Of a stretch of DNA of 64,000 bases, positions 61,760-64,000 are shown piece after piece (the stretch's first letter is position 1; each line of letters begins with the position of its first letter). The stretch spans positions 1-64,000 of the forward strand of contig CDMY01000416.1 of assembly GCA_001179505.1 (NCBI GenBank), read 5' to 3'. The stretch comes from Vitrella brassicaformis CCMP3155 (taxonomy: Eukaryota > Protista > Chromerida). The translations under genes were made by a program, and so were the position numbers. The notes beneath the pieces are model-generated. The model was not told the origin of the DNA and did not search any database. It saw only the letters and a program-made list of their open reading frames with translations.

Positions 61760-62303
61760 ATGATCACAGGTACCAATCAGCACATGCAGGCCCTGGGCTG
61801 CCCCTATCTCCATCTCCAGTCCTTGAGTGCGTCGACGATATATGAGCGATTTGCTGAGCGCCTTAGTCTTTCTTTTCCTCCCCTATCCCCCTCATACTCC
61901 TCATCCTTCTCGCCTGCGCCGCGGCCGCAGGCAAAATCGACACGCGCCGGTCTCATCCTTCGCTGAGACTGCAAGCTGGGGGCAAGGGGGCCTTGGAGTC
62001 CCGATCAGACAGTCCTGCGCCCCACTGGCTGCCCATGTGCCACAAAAAGGCTTACGGTGGAGGCTTCGAATTCGAGATCGGCGAGAATTGGAGACGGGAG
62101 GAGAAATAAATCGAGACCAGCAAGTTTGTCCCACTTTTTCACAGTTTCCGTCCACGGTCGGCTCGTCAACCTTCTTTCGACCACAGATCCCCCGCCTCTT
62201 ATTCTTTTCACCGGCTTTTTGGCTGGTGCGGTCCGCCGCATCGCCTCCCGCCCCTCCCAACTCGTCCGGATGAAAACTGCCCCTTCCTTCCTCTACCGCC
62301 GTG
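61760..62303 (-). repeat. Inverted, internally shorter copy of the 52455-53460 repeat
   Basis: Reverse complement matches both ends of the left copy but lacks its 462-bp middle. Confidence 0.9.
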
Positions 62304-64000
62304 TGTTATGGTGTGCTTGTGATAGCCACTTGGGGGTGGTGCGCCTGCAGTCAGAGAGACATTGGTGTGAGGCCAGGACCCTCATATGCAAGCAGCGTGC
62401 ATTGGTGCTCCTGTTGGCCCACCCATGGCGAGTCTCTGGCAGCGCCGTGAGGAAGGCCTTTGCATTGGCCTCGAGAGCATTGCAAATGCCGCCTCTTCTT
62501 GTCGTTCTCGCCGGCTTGACACTGTCAGCCATGGCTGCAAGACGCACACACACATCAAGGAGAACGGGAGGCTGCATGCAGACGTGCATGAGCCGATGTG
62601 GAGCTTGCAATGGCGCACATACCGGTCCACCCGTGTCCTTGACGCACCCACTCACAGGAAGAGTGCCCACTCTCGTGGCATCCAGCAGGCTGCTCGGGAG
62701 GACGGGGAAAGCGAGCTGCTGGGCGGCTGCCGCTCTCCTGCCAGCAAGGATATACAGCAAGAGCGTCCATCTGTCTCTGGCGATGCCCTTGTGCGGTCTT
62801 GTTGGCGTGCCGATGGCTGTCGCACTGGCAAGGATACGGACCGGATCGCGTGTGGCGTCGCTGCAGTGGCGAGAGACTGCTGATGCTGACGCTGCCGCTG
62901 CCGCATTGTCCGAAGGAGGAGTGTCGAGAAGTGCAAAGACTGGGGGCTCGGTGGAGGGGTTAGCGTGCCTCATCCTAGCCGAGATTTTGTAGATCATAGA
63001 TTGCATAATTAGCCGGATTCCGTCCATCCATTTCGTGCGCATTCGTCGGCTTTGCGTGGACCTTCTGACTTCGTTCGATTTCCTTCAAAGCTGTGTTGGT
63101 TTTGTCGGCATCGATGAGGACCTGCTCGCTGGCTGGCGCCTGGAGGCTCTCCCCGTCACCACGAACCTGACACCCATACGGTAACACACATGACAGATCC
63201 AACCACCACCAAGGCAGGCACGTGAGGCTAAGGCAGCAAGCCAGATCTGAGGTATGAAGCGCCGTCGGTAGCCGTCGGTGACCGAGATGGACCATCTCGT
63301 GGTGGACACGTGATGGCGGAGGCCGGAAGGCACCGTCGGCGTGGTGGTAATGAAGGATCTGGCTTGGTCTGGGCGCGAGGCGTCGTGCTGGGGTAGTTCT
63401 CTGGCTGAGGTGGTCGGTCAGCGTTGGAGGAGGTAGTTCCTCCTTCGATGGCTGTGTGCGGGTCGTGTTTGTGTGGTGTTCAGGCTAGTGGTCGATGACG
63501 GAGAGGGCGCTGGAGGGCCGTGAGAGGTCAGCCGACAGCACGGAGTGCTTTCTCTGTCAGATCTTTGAGTCCCAGCCACGTTTGTGAGGCGTTCTGGAGG
63601 AGATCTTGGTCATGGTGCGTGGAGCACATGTCGGGATGATGGATCTGAGCATCGTGGTGCCTGGTGCACACGATGGCGGCGGAGATCTTGGCGTCTCATG
63701 GTGCCGTGGGCACATGTTCGCCGTGTGCATTCCTGACCCGACTGCGCCGTGGGCGAGTGGGTTATCTCTCTTCTTTTATCATCTGCTGATGGCTAGATTG
63801 GTCATCGATGGTGGTGCGCGTTGCGACTACTGACGGATGGGATACATGGTGTGGACGACAGACTTGTGTCCATATAAATATGTGTATCTGAAGGCGCAGC
63901 CCTTCATTGATTGGTCCTCGCATGGATCCATGCACAGTGTATGTCATCATGCACACAACACCCACACGGACACACACAGGCCGAAAGGCCAGGCTTGGCA

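Noticed and set aside
62293-63333. Minus-strand ORFs near the right end
   Set aside because: Overlapping frames with a stop or frameshift and no domain signal. It may be a decayed gene but is not supportable.

Overview
Eukaryotic, GC-rich, intron-dense genomic DNA whose introns are full of (GT)n, (GTCT)n, (GGAT)n and (GCAG)n microsatellites, with four 300-N assembly gaps. The ApiAP2 factor, signal+transit-type leader, intron style and expanded orphan families suggest a chromerid alveolate such as Vitrella brassicaformis (inference, not verified). Left to right: the 5' end of a Ty1/copia LTR retrotransposon (LTR, internal tRNAiMet-type PBS, gag with CCHC knuckle, running off the window); an orphan gene; TYW2; UEV1/MMS2; a probable plastid-targeted membrane protein; a ~7.4 kb gene for a DEK1-like calpain (about 22-23 hydrophobic segments plus intact CysPc-C2L); V-ATPase subunit F; a divergent kinase-like gene with an inverted pseudogene copy of its 5' end; an ankyrin-repeat gene; a UBE2T-like E2 with a probable 6-nt microexon; an ApiAP2 factor; LETM1; an orphan-family pseudogene; two small orphans; a ~4.5 kb tandem array of exon-intron-like units carrying an interchangeable hairpin plus T-run; a related dispersed repeat in direct and inverted copies; an F-box-like orphan; and an SRPK-derived probable pseudokinase. 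Strongest leads: the DEK1-type membrane calpain in an alveolate and the hairpin-bearing spliced-module array. Gene models were spliced by eye and boundaries of low-confidence genes are approximate.
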